From assembly GCF_009914755.1 (NCBI RefSeq), contig NC_060929.1: a stretch of 64,000 bases of DNA; one strand, 5' to 3'. This DNA is from the human T2T-CHM13v2.0 reference genome, Homo sapiens. Positions 41,852 through 54,324 of this stretch are shown one piece after another. The notes below the pieces were generated by a model. It was not told where the DNA came from. It did no database searches and saw only the letters and a program-made list of their open reading frames with translations. Position 1 is the stretch's first letter, and each line of letters starts with the position of its first letter. Made by a program: the position numbers and the translations under genes.

Positions 41852-42079
41852 CAGGATTTCTCAGCCTCAGCACTAGTCATATTTTGTGGAGAATAATTCT
41901 TTGTTTTTGGAGTTACAGGCGGGGTGGGAACTTTCCTGTGTATTGTAGGATATTCAGTAGAATCTCTAACCTATAACCATTAGAAGCGACTAACAGCCAA
42001 CATTTTGTGACAAAAAAAAATGTCTCCAGATATTGCCAAATGTTCTGTTGGGAACATTAGCCCTCATTTAAAACCACTA
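41852..42079 (+). mobile_element. MER20 (hAT-Charlie), copy 1
   Basis: caggatttctcagcctcagcacta...aatgtctccagatattgccaaatgt...aaaccacta. 8-bp hAT-type TSD ctctaggg/ctctaaag. Confidence 0.85.
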
Positions 42080-42118
42080 CTCTAAAGGATAGGCTTTACC
42101 TCTCGGTTACTTCTGAGA

Positions 42119-42264
42119 GAAGGAGGAGTGAGAAAGAATAATTAATATTAGAAAGGGACATATGAGTTTCAAAAGTACTATAATTTCTTAGGGAAGGAGG
42201 AGTGAGAAAGAATAATTAATATTAGAAAGGGACATATGAATTTCTAAAGTATTATAATTTCCTA
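42119..42264. repeat. Tandem duplication, 74-bp period, 2 copies
   Basis: gaaggaggagtgagaaagaataattaatattagaaagggacatatga is identical at 42119 and 42193. Confidence 0.95.
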
Positions 42265-42384
42265 TTTTTTAAACCAGGTTGTAAATACATAGTGCTAATC
42301 TATTTATTATAATTGACTTCTTATATCTGTACTTTATGTATTATTTTGTATGTTAGGAATATTTCATTATAAAGATCTAGAAAT

Positions 42385-43250
42385 GCAACATCTGCTGGTG
42401 GCAATGGAAAGTGACACATTGTTTTGTACAGCAATTTGGCAATATTTAGTAAAGCTGGGACATGCGAGTCTGTGAAACAGCACTTAAATGCCTATACTTC
42501 AGAGTAGTGGTTTTAAATGAGGGCTAATGTCCCGAGGAGAACATTTGGCAATGTCTGGAGACTTTTTTAAAATTTTGGTCACAAAATATAGGCTGATATT
42601 GGCTTCTAATGGATATAGACTAGGGATTCTACTGAACATTCTACGATGCACAGGACAGTTCCCACCCCACTTCTAACTTGAACAACAAATAATTAATCTC
42701 CCCAAAATTCCATTAGTGCTTAGGCTGAGAAATGCCCTGGAGAAACTCACATCCATGTGCACAAGGGGGAGACACAAATAAAAATGTTCGTTGTGATATT
42801 GTTTATAACAATGAATAAAATAAAATAATCTAAATGTCTATCAATTTGGGAATACATAAGTAAATTTTGGTTAATATGATCAGTGAAACTGTAGAATAAT
42901 GAAAATGATTAAACTAGAGCTAATGTGTGAATTTGAACTTCTTGTTTTGTTGTTGAATAAAAATGTATAGCAGAATATATGAGATATAATTTCTATAAAG
43001 TTTAAAAACATGCAACACAAATATAGATATAATATAAAACACACATGAGAATAATAAATACTGAATTAGATTAATGGTCAATTCTTGGAGGAGGAATGAA
43101 GAGAGCCGGAGAAAAAGAGAAGGGAAGTGGATTTGGGAACATTATATAGTCTACTTGTAAAAATAATTCTTGAAAAGTTTATGTGAAAACTATAAAATAT
43201 TATGTTTGGGGAACCTACTTTCTAGTGGAAGTTCACTGTATTATCTTCAG
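42385..43250 (+). mobile_element. L1ME-like 3' remnant hosting MER20 copy 2
   Basis: gcaatttggcaatatttagtaaagctg, ctaaatgtctatcaat, ttctataaagtttaaaaacatgcaac. Confidence 0.65.
42505..42734 (-). mobile_element. MER20 (hAT-Charlie), copy 2, inverted relative to copy 1
   Basis: tagtggttttaaatgagggc...acatttggcaatgtctggagac...ttagtgcttaggctgagaaatg. Confidence 0.85.
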
Positions 43251-44681
43251 AAAGATTTATAATCTAAGTAATGTGTATTACTGAATAGTTTCTTGTAAGG
43301 GAAAGTACCACATTTTAAAGAATACTAACGTTTAATAACATCATTTTCTTCTAACTTAGATCAAGATATCTGAAATCTGCTTCTGGAAAATACTCAATTT
43401 TATTCAATTTCTTCAAAAGAAAACTACAAATTGGCTCAAGAAATTGAGATTTATGGCTGTTTACTGATCTAAATGATTTTGATTCTACTGTGTGCTGGGT
43501 GGAAAATGTCTCCCTTTAACAAATCAGTTTCCATGATTTCTTTACTATCCGTCCAATTTTCTTTTTCCTGACCATTTAAGCCACTCTTTGCTATTTTAGG
43601 CTTTATATGAAGAAGCAGTGTTTCAGAAAAGAAATATACATAACCAAACCATGTCAATTCACATCTTGCAGTTTTCAAGTTCCTGGATGAGAACTGTCAA
43701 GATTGTAAAGCTTTTCATTCTCCCAGTTGTTAATATTATTCATTTTAATGCAAGTCCAAACAAAATCCCAAATGATTGTTTTTAGAACTTTATGAGATTA
43801 ATTTCTTTGTGTGATGACACAATATAAATGTCTTTAGATTTCGATGTAGAATAAGGCACAGATTATATATGTTAAAAATTACTCACAAGGATTTTTCTTG
43901 AAAACTATTTGGAAGAAACTGCTTTCCAAATATATTCTGGTCATGTTTCATACTAATATCAGGTGTCTTATAAGAAGAGCAAAATCCTCTGTGATCGTTT
44001 ATCAGAGCATCCTGACCTGAGGAAGCCATGTTCTCTTCAAAGTCCCTCCTCCACGAGGCCTCTGAGCAGAGGGACATGCCTGGGCTACCAAGTAGGAGAT
44101 GGAACCCTGAAGTATTACTGGTTCAGGCTTTAGAGGACTTTACCCCAGCCAGGAGCTCCACTCACTCAACACTGATTTGCCTTTAGGACCAGAACACTCC
44201 AAATGTCAACATTTGAAGTGTTTTCTATATATATATATACACATATATATATATAATTTCTATCCCGGCCACCTTTTATTATGTTGGCACCTGTAAAAAT
44301 GTATTAATAAATCTAAGAGATATGTGTGGTCAATACCTAATTTGATAGTATTTTAAATATATACATCTTTTTTTCGGTTAATGTATGATGATCGTACACT
44401 CTCTTGTTTAACAGGCAATTAATATTTTGGGTTAACATTGAGGCTAAAGAAATTCTTAGAGTTAGATATAGATGAGTTTTTAAAGTCAAGTGTACCTCTC
44501 ATTAGTTTTGATGCAATTTGACAGACTGTCGGGCAATATCTATATGTAGCACTACCAAATTTTAAATAGGAATGTAACCTGTATTTAAAATATTCTCATT
44601 TAAAGAACTATCGAGAGTTTTTGTTAAACTTAATGGAACGACCAGTAAAGGAATAAATAAGCAAAAACTCCTAAGGGTAAG

Positions 44682-45181
44682 TGTTGGGATTCGATCAGGC
44701 TGGTGGGAAAAATATTAGTTATGATAGCCACAAAACCCTTTTGGAAGGCTCGAGGGTTTTCACATGACTTCCGTAATAGAAGGGACGGAAGGTGGCCTGG
44801 TTCCATTACCTTTAGTTAAATAGATTAGAGTAGTAAACAAGGGGATGTGGGGAAGTTATCTAGTTAGCTTGTTTACTCATGTGGTCTTAAGAGGAGCCTC
44901 TGATGTGTGCTTTTTGCTGGGGAAGTCCACAATGTCAATTACCCTCTAATGGTGTTGACTCAAGCTTTTGTTAACTAATCTTAATGAATAAATGCGAGTC
45001 TCCCTAGCTGATCAAGACGGGCCACAGTGACAAACCTCTGTTGGTGTGTAGGCGGTCAGACACTCAGTAGGACTGGCAAAACAGAATGTGTGTCAGTGTA
45101 CGTTTATTCATCCGTCCTTTGGGTCAGGGTCTGCAGGCAGACACCCACAGCTAATGCCCTCTTGTGAGGAGCAATACCTCA
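44682..45181 (+). mobile_element. Solo LTR of HERV-K(HML-5), LTR22 family, 500 bp
   Basis: Starts TGTTGGGATTCGATCAGGCTGGTGGGAAAAATATT and ends GTGAGGAGCAATACCTCA. TSD GGTAAG/AGTAAG at 44676-44681 and 45182-45187. Confidence 0.88.
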
Positions 45182-45779
45182 AGTAAGAGTGATTTATACG
45201 AAGAATTTGCATATTTATTCTTTTGGTGTTTATGAATGTGGAAAAGGATGTCATTAGAAATTCTAGAGTAGCTAAGTCATGTCCATTAAGAGTGTGTTAG
45301 AGAAATAGGCTTAGAAGTTGGGGGCACAAAATACCAGTGAAAGTAAAGGTACAAGGTGTCTTGAAAACAGAAAAACTGGCAGAAAGTCTATATAAGGAGA
45401 CATCAATTTTCTCTCTAACCACCTGTGTTCAGGTAATTACACTTCCACACTCTAAAAGTAGAAAGTATACTTTCTTGAGAGACTCCTGCCGGAAGGACTC
45501 TGACTCCTGGAAAAATACGCAGAGATCAGAGATGCCATATTGCATATAGGAATTAACTGCACATACAAAGCAGAGAGTAGCACATTTGCCTTTTCTCACT
45601 CTGTTCCCAGTGTTTTGGCAGCCCAGTTCATAGCAACTGAGCAGGACATTGCAGATATTATTTCAGGATAAATGAACTGTTTAAAGAGAAAGAATGGCCC
45701 CAACACAGTGAGCTCCTTTCCTGCTCTCTCTATACTGACGCCCATTCTTCAAGTCATACTAAACCATTAGAGGCTCACA

Positions 45780-46665
45780 ACTGACCTCATCCTTAACAAT
45801 ATTAATGAATAGCCAAGGATCACCAAAAAATTAGAGAAAGCTTCAGAGAAAGATTATTAGTATAGAAATAATATTCTTAAAATATATAAAATGAAATATA
45901 TGTGTAAAATATCCTTGGAGAATAAACAAGGCAGATGCAAAAGACAACAGAAAAAAAATTTAACCAAATAATATTATCTGAATGGTAATCTTATAAAGTG
46001 AAAATATTACAGCATATAAGGTTGGAATATAAGGTTAATGAAATCTCCCATAAAATAGAACAAAAAGACAGAGAGATATAAAGTATTGCAATAAAAGATA
46101 ATTAAAAGTTAGCCCCCAAAGTGCAATATTTATGTATTTGGATATTTCAAAGAAAGATAATGGAGATGAAGAAAAATTAGCAAAGATTTAACCTAAAAAT
46201 ATTACCCAGAACTAAGTGCATAAGGTAACAGCAAAAAGTGCATAATTGTTTAGCACAGTAGACAGAGATGATTTTCACCAAGAGTCATTAGCATAAAATT
46301 TCAAAACATTGGCTATGAGGAAAGAATTCCAATTTGTTTCATATGGACAAAAGAAAACAGACTCCATAGGAAAGAAAAGATAAATTAAAATGGCATCAGA
46401 TTTACCAATAGCAATACAAAAAGTTCAAAGATAATGAGGCAATGTTTCCATAGTTATAACAAAAAGTAATTTCCAATTTAGAACGCTTTAGTAACCTATC
46501 AGTCAAGTGCAAGTGTAGAACAAACGTGTTTTCAGACACATAAAGTTTTTAAAATTTACCTTCCATATAGTCTGTTTATTTTAGAAAACTACTGGATGAG
46601 ATGTTCCACTAAAACAATAAAGAAAATCAAGAAATGAGACAACATGAGATTTAAGAAAAACACAA
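45780..46665 (+). mobile_element. Ancient L1M ORF1-region remnant
   Basis: A-rich decayed ORF1 motifs (gccaaggatcacca, aaatggcatcagatttaccaatagcaatac, atttccaatttagaacgc). Confidence 0.6.
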
Positions 46666-47118
<453 letters not shown>

Positions 47119-47639
47119 TCACTTGAAGTTTTGCTTTGCATGAATTCATACAAGATTATCACTCCTGCCAGAAAACTTGGTGAACAATTAGCCCTAAGAA
47201 TATAGGAGATTAAGCAAGTGTCAGGAAAATGAAAACAAATATAATTTCAATTGACACAGAATATCCATGGAATGCCTTAATTTTGATGGTCTCTTTAAGC
47301 CTAAGTGACATCTTTGGTACTTATGTTTTGATCTGCTGTAACACCTACCCCTGAGACTCCAAAAGCCATACAATTAGCATGCAGATTTTTCATCTTATAA
47401 GGATTTTCCGTTTTTATGGTGTCATTGAACATTTCTGAAGTTCATGGTAAGAAGAAAAACTTAGTTTTCATTTGTTTTTGATCCACCATCTTTTTTTCAT
47501 CTCCAATAAGTGTGCTCTCTGCTCATTAAGTTGAACAAAAACTCACCTACCCTTTATTTTCCATCCTATCTTAATAGTACTAAAAGTTACTGTTTCAATC
47601 CCATGTGTTTTATATTTTTACAGCTTTTACTCCATTCAG

Positions 47640-49180
47640 AAACCTCTTTAAAAGCATAGCAGTCTTACATGAAATCTCTTAATCCGTCTTTTTTGCCTGC
47701 TCAACTTTTCATACCGACTGTAAATATTTAGTTTCTTCAAATTCCATCCTAGATTCTCTTCTCTCCATGTTCATAGGATTCTTGCCATCTACATGCCAAG
47801 GAGCTCTAGTTGATCTCTCTAGCCCCAATTTATCTTGTAAGCTCCAGATTTTTATATGCTACCTTTGGATGTCTCAAAGGAACTTCAATATGATTATGAT
47901 GAAAATCGAGTTTACTGGCTTACTCAGAAAACTATATTCCCCTCTGACGTTCTTTATTTCAGCAAATGACACCACATCCATCCACTTGTACAGGACAAAA
48001 CCTGTATATTTTCTCTGAAACCTCCATCTTCTTCACTCATCATTCATTAAATACTGTTCGCATTGCTTCTTGAATATTTCCTAAAATGGTCTACCTCTCT
48101 AGAGGGAACTAGAGTTTGCCATGCCATCAAAGTTGAAGCTTTTTCTGGATTAATACAATAGCCTTTTCATTAAACTTCCTGTTTTGACTCTGGCCCGATT
48201 TGCAACCATTCTTCATAGGAGAACCAGGAGAGTATGAGTACAGATGGGTACTCATGCCATGTCATGATTAAAACATTTTAATCATTTTCCAGTAACTATA
48301 GGATAAAAAAATTTATTATGGCCTATAAGGCCCTCCATGATTTGCTTTCTGACTATATATTTTTATTCTCATCTTTCTTAATTCTCTCTTGAGTCCACTA
48401 TTCTCCAGTCATTAACATCTTCTTCCATTGCCTCAAATGCACCATACTTTCCCCATTTGGGTCCTCTTCCATCAATTTTTAACCACTTTTAGTACTCTTC
48501 CTCCAACCTACATAGCTACTAAGCATCTTTCAGAGCTTGCTCTGATTACACGATGTCAGGGAGGCTTTTCCTACTCTCCGTGATTGCATAATAATCTTGT
48601 CTTAGTCAGTTTGGGCTGCTGAAACAGAATATCATAGACTGGGTAGCTTAATCAACAGAAAGTTATTTCTCACAGTTCTGGAGCCAGGGAAGCCCAGGAT
48701 CACAGTGCTTGTAGATCTTGTGTCTGGTGAAGGCCTGCTTTTTGGTTTGCAGATGAACATCTTCTCCTTGTATCCTCAGATGGCTGAGAACAGAAATGAA
48801 GCCAGGTCCTTTTTATAAGAGCACTACTCATCATGTTTATTTTCATAAGAGCACTGATTCTATCATGAAGGCTCCACCCTCAGGACCTAACTACCTCCCA
48901 AAGGTCTCACCTCCTAACACCTTCACGTTGAGGGTGAAGATTTCAACATGTAAATTTTGGGGGACCGCAAACATTGTCTATAATAGATCTCTTATAAAAT
49001 GCCTTCAAAATACTCTATAATTTTTCTTCTTAGAAATAAATACATGTTATAGTTGTATTTTTATGTGTGAAATTCTTTTTGTTCATACCAATTTGCATAC
49101 TTCAACTGTACAGTCCAAAGCATCTCACCATCTTATTTACAGAATCTAATATAGTCCTTGGCCTAGCAAATAAGACCAAT
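47640..49180 (+). mobile_element. L2 remnant interrupted by MLT1A
   Basis: Pyrimidine-rich L2 motifs (ctctctagcccc...gctccaga, ttggatgtctcaaaggaacttcaa, tggcctataaggccctccatgatttg). Confidence 0.7.
48598..48985 (-). mobile_element. MLT1A-like MaLR solo LTR
   Basis: tgtcttagtcagtttgggctgct...ttatttctcacagttctggag...gatttcaacatgtaaattttggggg. TSD AATCT/GATCT. Confidence 0.88.
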
Positions 49181-50459
49181 CTAAGGAATTCCCCTTATCA
49201 AAGCTACTTAGATATTTCATATATGCACCAAAATTTAATACTGGAGTTTGACATATAGTCATGTCTAAAATAGTCATATCCTACTACCCAATATAGGTAA
49301 TATTAAATTAAAAATACAGAAAATATTTTTAATTAGCAATGAAGTTCAGAAAGTCATACTACATAATATGCTTTGTTGTTGTATTGGGTGTCCAATTTAG
49401 TAATTTTCCTGTATGTTCCCTTAAAGAGAAAGACCAAAGCTAAGCCCATCAGTATAAATACCATTACTTCAGCTGGCATCTTCTAACGCATCATGAGTGG
49501 GACTTTAACTGATCTATATGACTGTGTGTTCCACTGTCATAACACACTAAAATGAGTTTCTTATTAAAGGCATTATTACTTATAAAAATGAACTTCTTAT
49601 GAAATGAGACAAGACAGCGTTTACCTCACAAGTACAGGAGAAAACCAGAGAACAGGATAAAATTCTATAATGTGGTAATTAAAATACTTTCTCGTTTGTT
49701 TTGTTAAAAGACATGTACACAGAAAAGCTTGAAGGAGAAAACTGCTTTCTTTTAAAATCTCTTCCTCCATCTCACCCACTCACACTATTTCCACTTCAGG
49801 GACATATCTTGTGTACCCAGGCCAGTTTAAATTAAACACATCAATCATCCTAAGGCTCAAGAATTACCTAATGTTGTGATGAATGACTTCTGTGACTTAG
49901 CCTCTTAGGGTTTGCTCTTTTGAGATTTGCTGCACATGTGCATTTATTTTCTGGGCCTGAGGCAGTCTGATGCAAAGGTGGAATAGGCAGTTGCCTATGT
50001 TTTGCTCAGAATATTTCCAAAGTGGTGTGCCATAGTGCTTGGTATTCCTACAGTCAGAATTATGTCTTTGAGCTAAGACGGTATCAACAGAAGGTCACTG
50101 TTCTGATTTAAATACATTCTCTTGGAGGGGTGATGAGATAAAACACCAATCTTAGCGAATAAATAAATCTGAATACTAGGATAGATCCCTTTCAGAAAGT
50201 AAAGCTCTGAAGAATTAAAGCCAAGGGCAAGTGCATTTTGATGGTGAATTGAATGGAAACATCTGAAGCATGAAGTTATGCGTGGTTTTCTGATCTATTA
50301 ACACTCTAAAAATAGAGAAAATTGGAAGTCACTAAGAACCTAAGAATTAGTGTGTCCACAAAATAAACTGTTGACTTTAAGTGGAAATGAAGGGGATCCC
50401 AGACAAAGGCTGGTCTTGTTTAATTCTCTTAATTGCTACAAAAATATTAAGCAACCATA

Positions 50460-50505
50460 TGTGTGTGTGTGTGTATGTGTTTATGTGTGTATGTGTGTGT
50501 GTGTA
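50460..50505. repeat. Interrupted (TG)n microsatellite
   Basis: tgtgtgtgtgtgtgtatgtgtttatgtgtgtatgtgtgtgtgtgta. Confidence 0.9.
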
Positions 50506-52049
50506 TTTAGGTAAAAGGGCCTGGAACTGAATAGTACCAGGATGTTGCTTTTTGAAATCATTACTTGCAGAAAAGATTTAAAGTGATTTTTAGAATCAGA
50601 ATAGACGTAGTAATTATATGTCTTCTGCAGTCCTACTGGTTCAGCTTGCATACGTAACTAAACAAAAGATGAAGTGAACTCATTCAAATGAATCGTTCAG
50701 AATTCATACCCCAGTCTCAATGGAAGCATGAAGCATCTGAAAGCATCTTTTTTATTTACTTGTTTTTGGTGGGGAGAATTAATATATAATTTGCTTTATC
50801 ACTGTCCATCATGTTTTGTCTGAAATAAAAAACAAAAGTGTTTTAAAATGCTGCTTAGGAAAATGGTGGGCTGCTTTACTGCAGCTGAAAGGGGAGAATG
50901 CCCATGAAAGAAGCTTGAGATGTGCCTGTAGGTGTTGAATATAATTATTTTGTAAACATTTGGAATCTTTCCCAGTTTGGTTAATGAGGTAGCTGTTTGC
51001 TTGACTGAATGGTCTTTGAAAAACCTTCTGTTTAATGAAAGATATTTTCTTGTTGTTGCCAGGTAATTCCTATCACCAAGTATGTTTGGAGACAACGGAC
51101 CCAGTCTGGATGGCTGGAAGGAAAGAGTTTCTTTAATCATCTAAATTGATTTTCTTTTCTTTTCTCATCAATCTATGTAACAGATGAATACAAAAGAGGA
51201 CCAAAGACTAGTCTTCACAAGTGTCCATTTTCTGTTCTACTGTAAACATTTTCCAATCAGCTTTTTAGCAAGATGTAGACTCTTATCAATCATTCTCCTA
51301 ACCAAGCATATCAGCTGCCAAGCCTCAGAGCCAGCATCTTCCACCTGGCCTGGTTTAATATCATTTCACTCGCAGACTATAGTCCTGCCTGACTCCAGCA
51401 ATTTCTCAAAACTGCTGTTAAATCATTAATTTGACCTCTGCTTTAACCTTGTCACCTGCTTCCTTCACACTGTGTAGTGGCTTCCCAAATGCCCTAAAAA
51501 TTCAGACCAAGATTCTACTTTAAATCTCCACATCCATGTGTTTATGGTTCTTCCGAACTCTTTGATGTTTGCTTTTAATTATCTCAGTCAAATTTCCAGG
51601 TTCTCTCCTGAACCACTGCTTTTCAAGCGTCCCAAACACTCTGCCTCCTATCATTTAAGTAGCTAATCTCACAGGCTCAAGAATGTTTTCTCCAGCCAAT
51701 TAAAAGTAGAAATAGCCATTTCCTGAAATACAACTCCTAAGATTTTAAAATAATCAACCATCGTACCTGTGTGCACATAAACATCATTCTAATTACATCT
51801 GCGTATGTCAAGTACAGATTTCTATGTCTTTCAATTAACTTAGCCAAGTAATGTAACCTTATTTTGCTACAGCTCAATTTAATCGCTATTTTGCCTTTTC
51901 AAATAATCATTTCCCTCCAATTCCATAATCTTAAGCCTGGAATTTAGGTGAAACCCTAAGAAGCAGGGATAGGGGAAAACCTTCTACTGGTTGATTTTGA
52001 ATATGAGAATTAGAACACACAGAGAGAAGCTGAATTATATTAAACTGAG

Positions 52050-52445
52050 AAATGTAAAATGGTGCAGCCACTTTGGAAAACAGTTTGGCAATTCCTCAAA
52101 ATGTTAAGTGTAGGGTTACCCTATAATCCAGCAATTCCAGTCTTAGATATGTCCTCAAGAAAAATAAAAACATATGCCCCCTCAAAAACTTGTACAGGAA
52201 TGCTCATAGCAGTGTTACTCATACTAGCCCCAAAAGTCGAAACAACCCAAATGTCTATTAATGGATGAGTGAATAAAGAGGTGGTATTCATACAATGTAA
52301 TATTATTCAGCTATATAAGGAATAAAGTATTGATACATGCTCAGTTTGGATAAACCTTGAGATCATTATATTAAGGAAAAGGAAGCAGACACAAAGGTTC
52401 ACATAGTGTACTATTCCATTTATATGAAATGTCCAGAATAGACAT
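52050..52445 (+). mobile_element. L1MB-type 3' fragment
   Basis: ORF 52059-52268 [13 protein letters not shown], and attccatttatatgaaatgtccagaatag. Confidence 0.8.
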
Positions 52446-52802
52446 TTGTTAAAATTATAGATTTGGGCAGTACAGGTGAAGTTTTGTTAGATCAATATAT
52501 TGCATAGCAGTGAAATCTGGTCTTTTATTATAGCCATCACTCAAATAATGTACATTATACCGATTAAATAAGTTCTCATTCCTCACCCCCTTTCCATCCT
52601 CCCACCCTTGCAAGTCTCTGATGTCTATCATTCCCCTCTTTATGTCCATGTGTACACATTGTTTAGCTCTCACTTATAAATAAGAATATGCAGTATTTGA
52701 TTTCTAAGTTATTTTTCTTAAGATAATGGCCCCCAGTTCCATTCATGTTGTTGGAAAATATATGATTTCATTCTTTTTTATGGCTGAATACAGTTCTATG
52801 CT

Positions 52803-52892
52803 GTGTGTGTATATGTATATATATGTATATATATACGTATATATGTATATATGTATATATATGTGTATATGTATATATATACACACATATAT
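52803..52892. repeat. (TA)n/(TATG)n compound microsatellite
   Basis: gtgtgtgtatatgtatatatatgtatatatatacgtatat..., inside the L1 3' region. Confidence 0.9.
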
Positions 52893-53243
52893 ACCACATT
52901 TTCTTTATTCAATCATCTATTGATAGGAATTTGGGTTAATTCCATATTTTTATTATTGTGAATAGTGCTGGAGTAAGCATGAGTACAAGTATCTTTTTTG
53001 GTATAATGATTTCTTTCCCCTTGGGTAGATACCAGTAATGGGATTGCTGGATCAAATGGTAGCATGGTGGCTCAATTTTTAGTTCTTTGAGAAATCTCCA
53101 TACTGTTTTCCATAATGGTCATACTAATTTACATTCCCACAGTGTGTGTTTCCTTTTCTCCACATCCTCAGCAACAATTGATATTTTTTTGACTTTCTAA
53201 TAACAGCCATTGTGACTGGTATTGGAGGGTATATCATAGTGGC

Positions 53244-53540
53244 TTTTTTTTTTTTTTTTTTGAGACAGTCTCACTCTATTGCCCAGGCTAGAGGTGCTAG
53301 AGTGTAGTGGTGTGATTTTGGCTCACTGCAACCTCTGCCTCCAGGGTTCAGACGATTTTCATGTCTCAGCTTCCTGAGTAACTGGGACTACAAGTGTGCA
53401 CCACCATTCCTAGCTAATTTTTGTATTTTTATTAGAAATGGGGTTTTGCCATGTTGGCCAGGCTGGTCTTGAACTCTTGGACTCAAGTGATCTGCCTTCC
53501 AAAGTCCTGGGATTACAGGCATGAACCACTGTGTCCAGCC
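53244..53540 (-). mobile_element. Alu (AluJ or old AluS)
   Basis: Complete dimer. TSD core TCATAGTG at 53234 and 53541. Confidence 0.93.
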
Positions 53541-54324
53541 TCATAGTGATTTTAATTTGCATTTCTCTGATGACTAGTGATGTTGAGCATTTCTTCATAT
53601 GCTTACTGTCTACTTGCATGGCTTTAAAAATATCTTTTTCATGTCCTTTGCTCACTATTTAATGTACTTATTTGGGTTTTTGTTGTTGTTCAGATGTTTG
53701 AGTTCCTTGTCGATTCGAATATTAGTCTTTTGTTGGACACATAACTTGCAAATATTTTCTCCCATTCTGCAAGTTGTTCACTCTGTTGATTATTTCTTTT
53801 GTTGTGTGGAAGCTTTTTAATTTAATTGTATCATTTGTCTATTTTTTTGTGGCATATGCATACAATGGAATATTATTCAGTCAGAAAAAGGAACAAAGTA
53901 TTGGTCCATGCTACAGCATAGATAGGCCTTGAGAACAGTATTCTAATCTTTTCATGCTTTATTGGATATTTCTATATCTTCTTTGGAAAAATGGTCAAGT
54001 ATTTTGTCGTTTTCAATTGAGTAATTTGTCTTTTGGTTGCTGTGTTTTAATAGTTACAGAATTTGTATATTCTGCATACTAAACCCTTATGTAATATTTG
54101 ATTTACAAATCTCCTTTCTATTTGCCTCTTGATAGAGAAGGCATGATTCATCCATTTTAGTGAGAATAAAGATAATAAAATGGATTTGAAAAATGTTTAA
54201 TTAAAAACTGTTATCCTTTGAACTGTGTTCCAGAAACAGACATCTATTTGTACACATATGACTTCATATGCTTATTAATAATCTCATGTGTCCTGTGAAG
54301 TTGGAGATTTGTTTTGACATCAAT

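Larger units (their letters stand above)
52453..53848 (-). mobile_element. 5'-truncated L1PB/L1MA-type element containing a (TA)n tract and an Alu
   Basis: Antisense 3' UTR (catcactcaaataatgtacattatacc) and ORF2 end (tttgcatttctctgatgactagtgatgttgagc). Confidence 0.85.

Noticed and set aside
51150-51429. Polypyrimidine tract and CAG followed by an ATG ORF of 81 aa (possible exon)
   Set aside because: No convincing donor site, the peptide is unrecognisable, and the frame runs into L2-like degraded sequence.
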